Origin: Candidatus Poribacteria bacterium
GTDB lineage: Bacteria; Poribacteria; WGA-4E; JAJDTR01
Assembly (NCBI GenBank): GCA_965232535.1
Contig: CBDDPW010000020.1
Coordinates: 213,702 to 277,701 of the forward strand
DNA length: 64,000 nt
Reading direction: 5' to 3'
Position 1 is the first letter of the stretch. Every line of letters starts with the position of its first letter. Of this stretch, positions 36,236 to 46,039 are shown piece after piece. A program made the translations under genes and the position numbers. Below the pieces are notes generated by a model that made no database searches, was not told the origin of the DNA, and was given only the letters and a program-made list of their open reading frames with translations.

Positions 36236-37119
36236 AACATCCAAGCATTGAAGCGATGTGGCAATCAAAGACTTATACGTATTCACTTGCAACCGTTTGT
36301 GCAGCTCATGGTGTTTCTCGACAGGCGTTTTATCAATACCAGAAACATCAGGCGAACGAGCGATTCAAACAAGAAATCGTCCTTCAGTTGGTTTCTCAGG
36401 TACGTGCGCGTCAACCCAAAATCGGGGTTCGAAAACTGTATCACCTGCTCAACCCTAAGTTTGAAAAACTGGACTTCCAGCTAGGGAGAGATGCCCTATT
36501 CCACTTGCTTAAGGAGCATGGACTCCTCATTGCGTCTCCAAAGCGTGGGCGGAAAACCACTTTTGCGAACCACCGATTTCATCGGTATCCGAACCGGATA
36601 GTTAATTTAGTCGTTGACCATATTCACCAAGTTTTCGTTGCAGATATTACTTACCTAGAGACTCTTGATGGCTTTGTGTATCTAGCTCTTATCACAGACC
36701 TGTTTTCACGGAAAATCGTTGGATTTGATGTGTCGGACTCCCTGTCTGTCGAAGGTGCCTTGAGAGCTTGCAAAATGGCAATAAAACCGGTCAGAAACCC
36801 CGATGCACTGATTCATCATTCTGACAGAGGTATCCAATACTGCTGTAATGCTTACACTGAACTACTTGATTCGCATGGCGTGAAATTGAGTATGACGCAA
36901 AACGGCAATGTTTATCAAAACGCCATCGCTGAACGTGTCAACGGCATCTTGAAAATCGACTTCCTCCTAAATCAGACTTTTGGCTCGATACAACATGCCA
37001 CCGCCAGCGTTAAACAAAGTGTTTCGATATACAACAACGAACGGCCGCATCTTAGTTTGGGCTATCAAACTCCTGAAGCCGTTTATCAGAAAAACTCGAA
37101 GCAACTCGCTCTAAATTAA
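36232..37119 (+). CDS. IS3-family transposase OrfB (DDE/rve integrase core), expressed as OrfAB fusion
   Basis: VFVADITYL (first D), HHSDRGIQYC (second D) and QNAIAERVNGILK (E) form the DDE triad with typical IS3 spacing. C-terminal YNNERPHLSLGYQTP. Confidence 0.9.
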   Translation: MKHPSIEAMWQSKTYTYSLATVCAAHGVSRQAFYQYQKHQANERFKQEIVLQLVSQVRARQPKIGVRKLYHLLNPKFEKLDFQLGRDALFHLLKEHGLLIASPKRGRKTTFANHRFHRYPNRIVNLVVDHIHQVFVADITYLETLDGFVYLALITDLFSRKIVGFDVSDSLSVEGALRACKMAIKPVRNPDALIHHSDRGIQYCCNAYTELLDSHGVKLSMTQNGNVYQNAIAERVNGILKIDFLLNQTFGSIQHATASVKQSVSIYNNERPHLSLGYQTPEAVYQKNSKQLALN

Positions 37120-37258
37120 CCGTAATCCGTAGATTATCATGTAAACCTATTTTAGGACTTGACAATCTCCTTCCTTTTTTTGAATCGGTACATAATCCTA
37201 TATGGGTCGGAACTTGCCGCCCATGGCAATCGCGTGACTTCGGCAATTGGAGCTAGTC

Positions 37259-37663
37259 ATGTCTGAGAAAATAGAAAGAACGGACAAAGAGTGGCAGGAT
37301 CAGTTGACGCCCGAACAGTATTATGTGACGCGCAAAAAGGGCACCGAGCGTGCTTTCACCGGGGAGTATCACGACTTCAAGGAGAGAGGTGTGTACAAGT
37401 GCGTGTGCTGTGGCAACGAGCTATTCGAGTCGGCGACGAAGTACAATTCAGGAACAGGATGGCCAAGTTTCTGGCAGCCGTTAGCGGAAGGCAAGGTCGC
37501 GACCGAAATTGACAACAGCCATTTCATGACGCGGATTGAGGTGCTTTGCAACAGATGTGATGCACATCTGGGACATCTCTTTGAAGATGGGCCGCCACCG
37601 ACCGGGCAGCGCTACTGTATCAATTCGGCAGCGCTTGAGTTCAGCGAACAGGAGTCGGGATGA
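37259..37663 (+). CDS. msrB: peptide-methionine (R)-S-oxide reductase
   Basis: Two CxxC pairs ([21 protein letters not shown]), GWPSFW, and the catalytic Cys in RYCINS. Confidence 0.92.
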   Translation: MSEKIERTDKEWQDQLTPEQYYVTRKKGTERAFTGEYHDFKERGVYKCVCCGNELFESATKYNSGTGWPSFWQPLAEGKVATEIDNSHFMTRIEVLCNRCDAHLGHLFEDGPPPTGQRYCINSAALEFSEQESG

Positions 37664-37712
37664 ATTGGCGTCCGCAACCTCAGGCTCGCCACGGATGAAA
37701 TGAACGGGAACC

Positions 37713-39986
37713 TTACTTGCCGACCAACATCCTGCGAGTGGCGGTGAAATCCCCAGCGGTTAACGTGCCGAAATATAGACCAGCGGATACAAACTCGCCC
37801 TGTTGGTTGCGACCGTCCCAATACATCGCACGATCCCGGCTATGATATGCGCCGGCAGATTGATGGCCCGCCGATATCCTGCGAACCTGCTCCCCATTCA
37901 CATCATAAATCGTAAACACCACCGCTGCCGATTCTACCAACTGATACGGTATCCACGTTTCCGGATTGAACGGATTCGGATAGTTTGCCAAGAGCGCCGT
38001 TTGTGTAGGGGGCACAGGAGAAGCTGAAGGCGAAAGTTCTAACGATTGCCTTCCCCCGTTCACGATGGCGGTCCGCTTAACGTCTCCCCATGTCGTGTTA
38101 CGTCTAAGGTCCCACAGCAAAACCGTGCCGTCATAGCTCCCACTGGCAAGGGTGCCTCCATCGGGAGAGAAAGCTACGGCAGTCACCCACCCCATATGCC
38201 CCTCAATAGTCTGCTGGTGTTCGCCGGTGTTGGCATCCCACAAGCGAATCGTGCCATCGTCACCCGCGCTGGCAAGCACTCCTCCATCGGGGGAGAAGGC
38301 GGCTGTATACACCGGTCCCGTGTGCCCGGAAAGGGTTCGCAGGTGATATCCGGATCGGATGTCCCACAACCGAATCGTACAGTCATGGCTCGACGTGGCA
38401 AGTGTGCCTCCATCCGGTGAAAACGCAGCAGAAGACACCGGCTCTGTGTGCCCGCCAAGGGTGCGCAGGTGTTGTCCCGTGTGAACATCCCATAACCGAA
38501 TTGTGTAGTCGGACCAGCCTCCACTACTGGCAAGCGTGTCTCCATCGGGCGAGAACGCGACGGTAAAGACTTCATCCGTAAGTCCCTCAAAAATCTGCCG
38601 GTGTTGTCCATTTCGGACATCCCAAAACTGAATCGAATGGAGAATCCCGCCCTCGCTTCCGGGAAAAATGGTTGCGCCGCCGGCAAGCGTGTCGCCATCA
38701 GGCGAGAATGCTACGGAACTTAGACCGACCATATTTCCGTCAAAGGTGCGCAGGTGAAGTCCGCTGCGTGCGTCCCACAGCCGAATCACCTCGTCTTTCC
38801 AACCCCCGCTGCTGGCAAGCATTCCACCATCAGGCGAAAACACAACGGACACTCCCCCAGACGTATGCCCCTCTAGCGTCTGCCGATGCTGTCCGTTGCG
38901 CGCGTTCCAAAGCCGAACCATTCCGTCGTGACTGCCGCTCGCTAGTGTGCCTCCATCAGGTGAGAAGGTTACGGAACTGACACCACCGGCATGTCCGTCA
39001 ATAGTTTGTAGGTGCTGCCCAATGTGCGCATCCCATAGCCGAATGCTGCCGTTGTAACTCCCACTGGCAAGCGATCCACCGTCGGGTGAGAAAGCTACGA
39101 AACCGACGCCGCCGCTGTGTCCCTCAAGGGTTTGTCGATACTGTCCGGTACGTGCGTTCCATAGCCGAATCGTCCCGTCGCTGCTACCGCTAATTAGCGT
39201 ACGTCCATCAGGTGAAAATGCTACAGTTGAAACGTCATCCGCATGTCCTTGAAGAGTCTTCCGATGCTCGCCGGTACGGGGGTTCCATAGACGAATCGTA
39301 TTGTCCCAGCCACCACTGGCGAGTGCGTCTCCGTCAGGCGAGAACGCCACGGAATTTACATGATACAAATGCCCTTCAAGCGTGCGGTGATGCGATCCGG
39401 TGTGTACATCCCACAACTGAATGGTGCCATCCCGATTTCCACTGGCGAGTGTGTTCCCATCAGGCGAGAAAGCTAAGGATTGGACATCATCCGAATGCCC
39501 CTCAAGCGACCGCAGAAGTTCGCCTGAATGGGTGTTCCACAAACGAATTATATCGTCCCGACTCGAACTTGCGAGTCTGCCCCCATCAGGTGAAAACGCT
39601 ATGGACAAAACCCAATCTGCATGACCTTCCAAGGTCTCTAACGGTTTTCCGGTACGAACATCCCACAGTCGAATGGTGCCATTGTAGCTCCCACTGGCAA
39701 GCGTGCTCCCGTCAGGGGAATACGCTACAGCAGTGACAAAACGCGTGTGACCGGTGAGCAGAGCGGTTTCAGTTCCTGTGGCTGTATCATAAAGCCAAAT
39801 TCCGATTCCGCCCGCAACGGCTAGTCTGGCTCCGTCGGGCGAATAGGCGATGTCGAAGATTGCGCCTTTACCGAAGCGGGCTTTGGCGGTTTCGGGCAGA
39901 TTCGATTGGGTTAAATCTTCGGCAATACTACTCTGTACAAATAAAACGGTAACGAACAAAAGGTTGAGGGTGACGGGGGGACGCAT
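37713..39986 (-). CDS. secreted WD40-repeat protein (about 14 blades) with Por/T9SS-type C-terminal sorting domain
   Basis: Signal peptide MRPPVTLNLLFVTVLFVQSSIA. About 14 iterations of ..AFSPDG..LASGS.DGTIRLWD..TG... C-terminal NYPNPFNPETWIPYQL...AGLYFGTLTAG..TRRMLVGK is homologous to the tail of the 12712-14352 product. Confidence 0.88.
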   Translation of the reverse strand: MRPPVTLNLLFVTVLFVQSSIAEDLTQSNLPETAKARFGKGAIFDIAYSPDGARLAVAGGIGIWLYDTATGTETALLTGHTRFVTAVAYSPDGSTLASGSYNGTIRLWDVRTGKPLETLEGHADWVLSIAFSPDGGRLASSSRDDIIRLWNTHSGELLRSLEGHSDDVQSLAFSPDGNTLASGNRDGTIQLWDVHTGSHHRTLEGHLYHVNSVAFSPDGDALASGGWDNTIRLWNPRTGEHRKTLQGHADDVSTVAFSPDGRTLISGSSDGTIRLWNARTGQYRQTLEGHSGGVGFVAFSPDGGSLASGSYNGSIRLWDAHIGQHLQTIDGHAGGVSSVTFSPDGGTLASGSHDGMVRLWNARNGQHRQTLEGHTSGGVSVVFSPDGGMLASSGGWKDEVIRLWDARSGLHLRTFDGNMVGLSSVAFSPDGDTLAGGATIFPGSEGGILHSIQFWDVRNGQHRQIFEGLTDEVFTVAFSPDGDTLASSGGWSDYTIRLWDVHTGQHLRTLGGHTEPVSSAAFSPDGGTLATSSHDCTIRLWDIRSGYHLRTLSGHTGPVYTAAFSPDGGVLASAGDDGTIRLWDANTGEHQQTIEGHMGWVTAVAFSPDGGTLASGSYDGTVLLWDLRRNTTWGDVKRTAIVNGGRQSLELSPSASPVPPTQTALLANYPNPFNPETWIPYQLVESAAVVFTIYDVNGEQVRRISAGHQSAGAYHSRDRAMYWDGRNQQGEFVSAGLYFGTLTAGDFTATRRMLVGK

Positions 39987-40585
39987 TTCTCATGACATGA
40001 CCCTCCTACTTGACTGAAAAGAATCCGAGGACTTGGAGTATCCTCTATCGTACCTACGCTAGTTGGCGGCTCTGGACGGGTTTCTCAGTTGCTTTGTTCC
40101 CTAATTCCTGTTTACGCATTGGAATCAGGTTATTGCACAGTGAAAGAATTATGCCAATAAACTTGCTCAGTGCAGACCGTAAAGAGATATATCGGTTTCT
40201 GAAGAGCAATCCCAACCTTCTTGCTAGGAAGTACGCCCTGTACGGCTGTGTAGTCCTGTAATGGTATAGAGTCGGCTCCACAATGGCAGGCCGCCTCGAC
40301 TGTAAAGAATTGGGAGGGTTACGTAGAATTATTGTATCTAGCTGGGAGATTTCGGACTGCGCATCATCTTTTTCGGTATCAAATGCACAACAGTCCGATA
40401 CGTCGATGCAACAATAAGGTAGGCGTTACGAAAGCGATTATCGCCCACGCGGGCTAAATTGATGTGTGCCATGTCGCGTGTTTAGACGAACCGGAGCCTC
40501 TCGGCCGCTCCTGACAGGGTTTCTCGAGTTCAGGTGAGATTCTTACTCCCTATAGTCAATTCCATTGAAATTTAAAAATGTTTCG

Positions 40586-40665
40586 GTTGGTGCGGTTTCC
40601 AACTGCGCGCGCGAGGCTACTGCAAGACCGGATAAATACCGGTTCGATTAGGAAACCGGACCTAC
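40586..40665. repeat. degenerate REP-like hairpins in a 960-bp gene-free gap
   Basis: GGTGCGGTTTCCAAC (40590-40604) is the plus-strand form of the 4774-4797 unit without a clean GTAG head. CCGGTT-cgattagga-AACCGG + ACCTAC lies at 40639-40665. Confidence 0.5.
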
Positions 40666-40960
40666 CGCAGTGTATAAATAGTTCTCGGTTTTACTATAAG
40701 GGGGTGTCTTACAGAGGCGGTAACGACAATTATGAACCTCTGCAAGCTAGTGATCATGCTTGCTGAGTTCACGACACTTCAAACCGAGGCTTCACTGGTC
40801 TGCTCAAAGAGGTAGGCTCAACTCTTGACGATGGGTAAGGGGTAGTTTAATGGGTGGAAGAGTTGTGGACGAGCTGGGTACGGAGGGACATTTTGATGCA
40901 CGAATTAGTTCAGGCAGGTCCTTCATGTTGCCCTGCTTGGTGCAAGTGTGCCAATTCGGG

Positions 40961-42199
40961 TTAATCTCTTCCGCCTTGCGTCAGGCGTTTGACGGGCTCG
41001 CCGACGAGATTCTCGTGTGCCTCTGCCAATATGCTCGGTAGGGTATCCGCGAAAGGGTTATCTTTTATTTCGTTCAAGATGTCCAATTCGCCAATCCGAG
41101 CCGCATTGTTCCCGGGGAACCAGTGACTGCCATTCCCAAGCATGTTGTATTTCCACTTCGCAAATTCATACATGTCGAGGGCTTTGGCGAACCCCCAGAC
41201 GCGTAAAATATGTATGAGGTTCATCTCCCCGGGAATCTCGTCGTAGTCGGGAATACCGATATGAAAGGTATCATACCAGTCCTCTCCCATAACGGAATTG
41301 ACCTCGTTCTTAAGGCGGGTTGCTATCGACTCCGTCAGTTCTTCACCCTCTTCCGTGTTGTAATACGTCGATATGGCTTCGACGTGCGCATCGAAGTTTT
41401 CCGGTCTGTCCGGTCCTAGAGCCAGGGAGTGTACCTGAAGGCGAGAGAGACACCACAGCAGATTGAATGCCATGGGCGTGAGAGGTTTACACAACTCTTC
41501 CAATTTGGGCGAGGGTCTGTAAAGACGGCCGCCTTGGTCGTTCGGGCTGATGATATAGACACCCATGTCGTGTTGATTCGCCAACTCGATCGCGGGCCAA
41601 TTTCGATTGTCGACGAAATACCAGTGCAAGAAAATATAGTCCAAGCGATCACTGGAGATAACGCGGCACATCCTGTCAGTCGGTCCATGGGTCGAGAATC
41701 CGATATGGCGGCAAAGCCCCTCGTCCTTGAGCCGGTATGCCCAATCCAAGGAACCGTTCTTCCTAAACGTCCAATCGAACTGTTCCGTGTTGTTGATGCC
41801 GTGCAGCGTGAAGAGATCAAGGTAATCGACCTGAAGTCTTTCCAAGGACTTGTGAAAGGCGGTTAGGAATTCGGACTCTCCGGCAGTTGGTCCGACTTTC
41901 GTTTGGAGTACGAACTTGTCTCTCGGAATTGCACTCAACGCTTGGCCCAGTTGGACTTCGCTGGAGCCGTAGCCGTGCGCGGTTTCAAAATGGTTTATGC
42001 CGAGTTCCAACGAGCGATTGACAATGGCGCTGACACCCTCGTGAATCTCATCCGGAATATCTGCCGCCGTCAAATCGTTCCTCAGACGTAAATCACCCGC
42101 TTCCTTTCTGAGCGTATACGAATAGCGTGTACCACCGCACGAGATTATGGGAAGTTGCAACTCCGTGCGGCCAAAACGTCTGGTCGGAACTTGGACCAT
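40961..42199 (-). CDS. aldo/keto reductase family oxidoreductase with C-terminal extension
   Basis: RRFGRTELQLPIISCGG, INHFETAHGYGSSE and LQTKV are AKR signatures. About 100 extra C-terminal residues. Confidence 0.8.
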   Translation of the reverse strand: MVQVPTRRFGRTELQLPIISCGGTRYSYTLRKEAGDLRLRNDLTAADIPDEIHEGVSAIVNRSLELGINHFETAHGYGSSEVQLGQALSAIPRDKFVLQTKVGPTAGESEFLTAFHKSLERLQVDYLDLFTLHGINNTEQFDWTFRKNGSLDWAYRLKDEGLCRHIGFSTHGPTDRMCRVISSDRLDYIFLHWYFVDNRNWPAIELANQHDMGVYIISPNDQGGRLYRPSPKLEELCKPLTPMAFNLLWCLSRLQVHSLALGPDRPENFDAHVEAISTYYNTEEGEELTESIATRLKNEVNSVMGEDWYDTFHIGIPDYDEIPGEMNLIHILRVWGFAKALDMYEFAKWKYNMLGNGSHWFPGNNAARIGELDILNEIKDNPFADTLPSILAEAHENLVGEPVKRLTQGGRD

Positions 42200-42290
42200 C
42201 TAGAACTCCTCCCCGAATGCAGCTGTCCGGACTATGAGATGTATACCGGGTAATATCAGTAGCTATATATCCTAATTGAATAGTACATTT

Positions 42291-42311
42291 GTAAGGTGCG
42301 CACCGTGCACC
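42291..42311 (+). repeat. REP-like hairpin with GTAA head (GTAAGGTGCGCACCGTGCACC)
   Basis: A relative of the 24555-24575 unit (GTAGGGTGCGCATTGCGCACC). It is intergenic between the AKR start and the Ldh_2 stop. Confidence 0.55.
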
Positions 42312-42368
42312 AGCCTTTAAAAGCCCCAGTGGGGATCAAGCGAACGATTCAAATCCCACAGCGCATAT

Positions 42369-43415
42369 TTAACTGATATCAATCCCCAACGATTCAGCCA
42401 TTGTCATAAGCCGTTCCCATAGCGGATCAGGGATTGGAATGCCGTCACGCGAGCGTTTCTCCCGCGCACGCGCCTCAAGATCACCGGGGATTACCACTTC
42501 ATCAAAACCGGGTGCCGGAGGTACGGATCTCGCACGATTTGCCAACTCCTCGGCACGGGCCGCATAGTCGGAGAATGGCTGAAACAGATCGGCTTTCACC
42601 GCCATCATGGTCGTACCGCATCGGCGAAATATAGGTCCGCCCAACCCTTCAGCCGCGAAGGCGTCCCCGCCCGAAAAGATTCGCCCGAAGAACTCGACCG
42701 CCAACATCAAAGCGTAGCCCTTGTGTCCGCCGAAGGGCAGATGAAATCCGCCTTGAAGATAGGCATCCGGATCATCGCTGGGATTGCCGTCTTTATCGAC
42801 GACGCTATTGGGCGGCAGGGATAGGTTTTTGTCCTTGTAGGAGGGTACCTTACTTCCCGCGACGACGGTTGTCGCGTAGTCGATAATCATCTGCGAGCCA
42901 TCGCCGATCGGGAAACCCATACCGATAGGATTGGTGCTCAAGATAGGTTTACGTCCGCCGTAAGGCACCGTAATCGGAACTTCCTCGCCAAATCCTCCTG
43001 CCCAGACGATGCCCAGCATTCCATCGGAGGCAGCCATTTCTGCGTATTCACCCAGACGTCCGATGTGGTTCGCTTGAACAATGCTGACAACGGATATATT
43101 GTGACTCTTCGCTTTTTCAATAGCCACTTCCATGCCGTATTTTGCGGTGACATGTCCAAACGTCCAATTTCCTCCGATACGTGCGCTGGTTGCGTCTTCT
43201 TGAAGGATTTCGGGCCAGGCTGTCGGAACAATTTCGCCGGTTTGCACGTACCTGACGTAGCCGGGTAGATGGTGAATGCCGTGTGTGTCAACACCGCATA
43301 GGCTCGACGACACTAGCGCCTCCGCGACACGATTGGCGTTCCGCTCGTCGGCACCCGCCGCCATCAGCGCTTTTCGAACCAATTCATCAAGTTGGGCGGC
43401 AGTCTTTATAACCAT
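42369..43415 (-). CDS. Ldh_2 family (malate/L-lactate/sulfolactate-type) dehydrogenase
   Basis: GVDTHGIHHLPGYV, ANHIGRLG and FGGHKGYAL are characteristic of the type-2 malate/L-lactate dehydrogenase family. Confidence 0.85.
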   Translation of the reverse strand: MVIKTAAQLDELVRKALMAAGADERNANRVAEALVSSSLCGVDTHGIHHLPGYVRYVQTGEIVPTAWPEILQEDATSARIGGNWTFGHVTAKYGMEVAIEKAKSHNISVVSIVQANHIGRLGEYAEMAASDGMLGIVWAGGFGEEVPITVPYGGRKPILSTNPIGMGFPIGDGSQMIIDYATTVVAGSKVPSYKDKNLSLPPNSVVDKDGNPSDDPDAYLQGGFHLPFGGHKGYALMLAVEFFGRIFSGGDAFAAEGLGGPIFRRCGTTMMAVKADLFQPFSDYAARAEELANRARSVPPAPGFDEVVIPGDLEARAREKRSRDGIPIPDPLWERLMTMAESLGIDIS

Positions 43416-43581
43416 TTCGTATCCTTTCTAGCTCTGCTTGATTATGAGTTCTCGCATTCCTGCATCCCCCTGCGATTGCGGCGGCAGTAAATATTCCCGG
43501 TTTGCCCTCTTTTCGTTGGTTTAAGCTAGGCAACCGAGAACACCTCAGTCATCCGAACGCAATTGGACATTTCAAGTCCTA

Positions 43582-44625
43582 TCACACGTGTGCTTGTATG
43601 GCTTCTCGCGCGACTCTTGCTCCATCGGAGGTTGGGTCGTTCTTGATGACGCGCTCCAAGTGTATGATAGCCTTTTCATCGCCCGCTTTGGCAAGCGACA
43701 ACGCTTCCGCGAACCCGTGCTCGGAGTATCCTTGGTCCTTCGGTATAACCGGTGTTTCGGGGGTGTCGACCACGTCCTTCCAATAATACTTCAAATCGTC
43801 CGACTCCCAGTCTTGATAGATTTCATCCCAACTAAGGGAATTGAATCGCCAAAGATGTGGACGAATTACTTCATCGCAGATTGGATCTCCGATGGTGTGG
43901 TAGCGGTTATCCAATGAGATTCGCAGCTTATCTTCGGTGAGATTGGGCAATGCCTGATGCACCGTCAACGCCAAGAAAATGAGAGTGTCGCCGATTTCAT
44001 AGTTCGTGCTGAGCCATTCGCCATCAATATCGTCAGTGTAGATCTGGAGAGCGCCGGCGCCCAGTGAAAAGTGGTGGTCCATGACGTGATTAACTTTGTG
44101 AGAGCCCGGCAACAGCGCCAACCCGCCCAGTTCGATGGAGCAATCACCCACCGGCGCCCAACAGGTATATGTGTCGAAGTGTCCCTGAAAGTGCACAAAG
44201 TCTTGGTGTATCGGTGTCGTGTGATCCGTGTACTGCGGGAACCAGAGCCGCGCAATTTTTTGAGGATGCGGCAATACGGGTTTGTCCGTCAGCTTTTCCA
44301 GTACATCAAGCACTTCGGGCCAATGCCCCGACTGGTGAAACGCTTGCAGCTTGTAGACTTCGTGATAGACATCGGTATACCCGAGATCGCCTTCGGTGCA
44401 TGCTTTCAATGGGTCTGCTATCCCGTCAACCGGGTCGGTGCCGGGGACGAGCCAACCTCCCTCCTGAATCACAGTCATGATTTGCCGGCGCAAATCCAAC
44501 AACTTGTCCGGATTTTGCAGCCGCTTGAAAAACAGATAACCCTCATCCTCAATTCGGCGGCGTAACTCTTGAGGGTCGTCCATCGCATCGTTTGATACCT
44601 TCAGTTCCCTCAGTTGTTCATCCAT
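43582..44625 (-). CDS. PhyH-family Fe(II)/2-oxoglutarate dioxygenase
   Basis: EDEGYLFFKRL at the N-terminus, facial triad PIHQDFVHF ... TLIFLALTVHQALPN, and length 347 aa. Confidence 0.8.
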   Translation of the reverse strand: MDEQLRELKVSNDAMDDPQELRRRIEDEGYLFFKRLQNPDKLLDLRRQIMTVIQEGGWLVPGTDPVDGIADPLKACTEGDLGYTDVYHEVYKLQAFHQSGHWPEVLDVLEKLTDKPVLPHPQKIARLWFPQYTDHTTPIHQDFVHFQGHFDTYTCWAPVGDCSIELGGLALLPGSHKVNHVMDHHFSLGAGALQIYTDDIDGEWLSTNYEIGDTLIFLALTVHQALPNLTEDKLRISLDNRYHTIGDPICDEVIRPHLWRFNSLSWDEIYQDWESDDLKYYWKDVVDTPETPVIPKDQGYSEHGFAEALSLAKAGDEKAIIHLERVIKNDPTSDGARVAREAIQAHV

Positions 44626-44648
44626 CGTATTACTCCAAAGGTTGTGGT

Positions 44649-45434
44649 TTATGGTGTTGATGTTTCTACGTAATCCTGTCCGGCAATCAGGACTTCGGGT
44701 TCAATCTTGAAACGATCCTGCCCCGCGGTTTGCCGGCACTGGCTGGAGGCGTAATGGTACTGTATTGCGCGTCGTCGTTTGTCGGTTCTGTTCGGAGGCG
44801 TGTAGTGGTACAACTCCCCGTGAAAGACAAGCGCATCGCCGGGTTTCAGCGGAATGGGTACCGCATCGTCCAAAGATTGAGGGGATACCAATCCATATTC
44901 ATCTCCAGCGCCGTCGTGTTCAGCGATGCCCTGTGTGTGCGAACCCGGGAGAACGTGCATGCAGCCATTTTCTACGGTGGCATCATCACACGCCACCCAA
45001 AAGCCGAAAACATGGTTTGGCTCCAACCGAAAATATGCGTTGTCTTGGTGCCAAATCTTTTCCCCGCCGAAATGAGGCGGTTTCATGAGCAGTTGACCCT
45101 GGTGTAGCACGATGTCGGGTCCCAGTATGGATTTCGCAATTCCCACCATTCTCGGATGAAATGCAAGGTTTCGGAAAAATTCATTGTACCGCGCCATGCG
45201 AGAGAGTTTCCGAACCCCGAGTTCGAAGAATTCCGGAATTTTTTCACCGCTGGCGACGGTCGGTTCGATCTGCACCAACTCTTTGGGTACATCGGGAAAA
45301 CGCGCGACAATCTTTGGAATCTCGTTCCGCACGCCTTCAACCTCCCGCGTCGTGAACAATCCGTCGACGGTAAAATATCCCTGTTCTTCATACTGTTTCA
45401 GTTCCTGGTCATTGATGAGATTGTCAACACTCAT
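44649..45434 (-). CDS. PhyH-family Fe(II)/2-oxoglutarate dioxygenase
   Basis: Start at ATG 45434 (MSVDNLINDQELKQYEEQGYF). WHQDNAYF ... FHGELYHYTPPN ... RRRAIQYHY. Confidence 0.85.
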   Translation of the reverse strand: MSVDNLINDQELKQYEEQGYFTVDGLFTTREVEGVRNEIPKIVARFPDVPKELVQIEPTVASGEKIPEFFELGVRKLSRMARYNEFFRNLAFHPRMVGIAKSILGPDIVLHQGQLLMKPPHFGGEKIWHQDNAYFRLEPNHVFGFWVACDDATVENGCMHVLPGSHTQGIAEHDGAGDEYGLVSPQSLDDAVPIPLKPGDALVFHGELYHYTPPNRTDKRRRAIQYHYASSQCRQTAGQDRFKIEPEVLIAGQDYVETSTP

Positions 45435-45541
45435 ATTCGTTAATCCTGTTAAGCAAGTTTCAGTAATTTCTTCATGCCTCTCCGCAGCGGCGATGCCAGT
45501 AGCGCGACTCCGAGTCTCAAACAGCATTCGCTTTGAAGACT

Positions 45542-45901
45542 CTACAGTTGTCCCTCGCGCACGTATTTGTTGAACAGCACGGCATAATCCTCGCGTATCG
45601 GACTAAAGACGTCTAGCACAACTGCGCTGCCGCTAACCGCTTTGCCCGTGTGAGGAGTATTCGGCGGGATGATGAACATGTCTCCCGGGGTACACACCTG
45701 GGTCTCATCGCCTATGGTTAGCTCCAATTTTCCCACGAGCAGCATTCCAGCCTGCTCATGCGGATGTTTGTGCAGAGGAACGACAACACCCTCCTCCAGT
45801 TCCAAGTAGGAGAGCATAATGTGTTCCCCGTATGGTGTGCGCGCTTTTGCTCCGGGAACCAGCTCAATCGGTTCATAATCGTTAATCTTGATGAAAGGCA
45901 T
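45542..45901 (-). CDS. cupin-domain protein
   Basis: HKHPHEQAGMLLVG (G-x5-H-x-H-x-E type motif 1) and GDMFIIPPNTPH (motif 2). Length 119 aa. Confidence 0.85.
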   Translation of the reverse strand: MPFIKINDYEPIELVPGAKARTPYGEHIMLSYLELEEGVVVPLHKHPHEQAGMLLVGKLELTIGDETQVCTPGDMFIIPPNTPHTGKAVSGSAVVLDVFSPIREDYAVLFNKYVREGQL

Positions 45902-46039
45902 TGTTTGTCCGTTGAATGTTGTTAGTAATTTGGTAGTTGTTTAGTCCATTGACTCCTTGCGGCGAATATACGGTACTCCTTTTATCCCACGACCGATGGC
46001 AATTTTTCCCATGTGCCCGATATGCTAGCGATATCCGTT

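Larger units (their letters stand above)
35807..37164 (+). mobile_element. IS3-family insertion sequence, apparently intact (~1.36 kb)
   Basis: TG...CA termini. Imperfect ~41-43-bp terminal inverted repeats: left TGACGTCCTAATTTAGATTGACATGA..CGGATTAC; right, reverse-complemented, TGTCAAGTCCTAAAATAGGTTTACATGA..CGGATTAC. orfA plus orfB in the -1 frame with an A-run slippery site. I could not identify a clear target-site duplication. Confidence 0.85.

Noticed and set aside
37158-37250. An outward-facing TTGACA in the IS right end was considered as a hybrid promoter driving msrB.
   Set aside because: No acceptable -10 hexamer lies at 16-19 nt; the nearest candidate (CATAAT) is about 24 nt away.
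37803-39736. Several plus-strand ORFs (for example 38046-38420 and 39212-39736) lie inside the WD40 gene.
   Set aside because: They are antisense to a strongly supported WD40 repeat gene. Their own repetitiveness simply mirrors the WD40 DNA repeats.
40639-40665. A GGTTCGATT motif resembles a tRNA T-loop.
   Set aside because: The flanking sequence does not form a T-stem of the right geometry, and there are no acceptor or anticodon arms. It is a CCGGTT/AACCGG hairpin with a CCTAC tail, i.e. REP-like.
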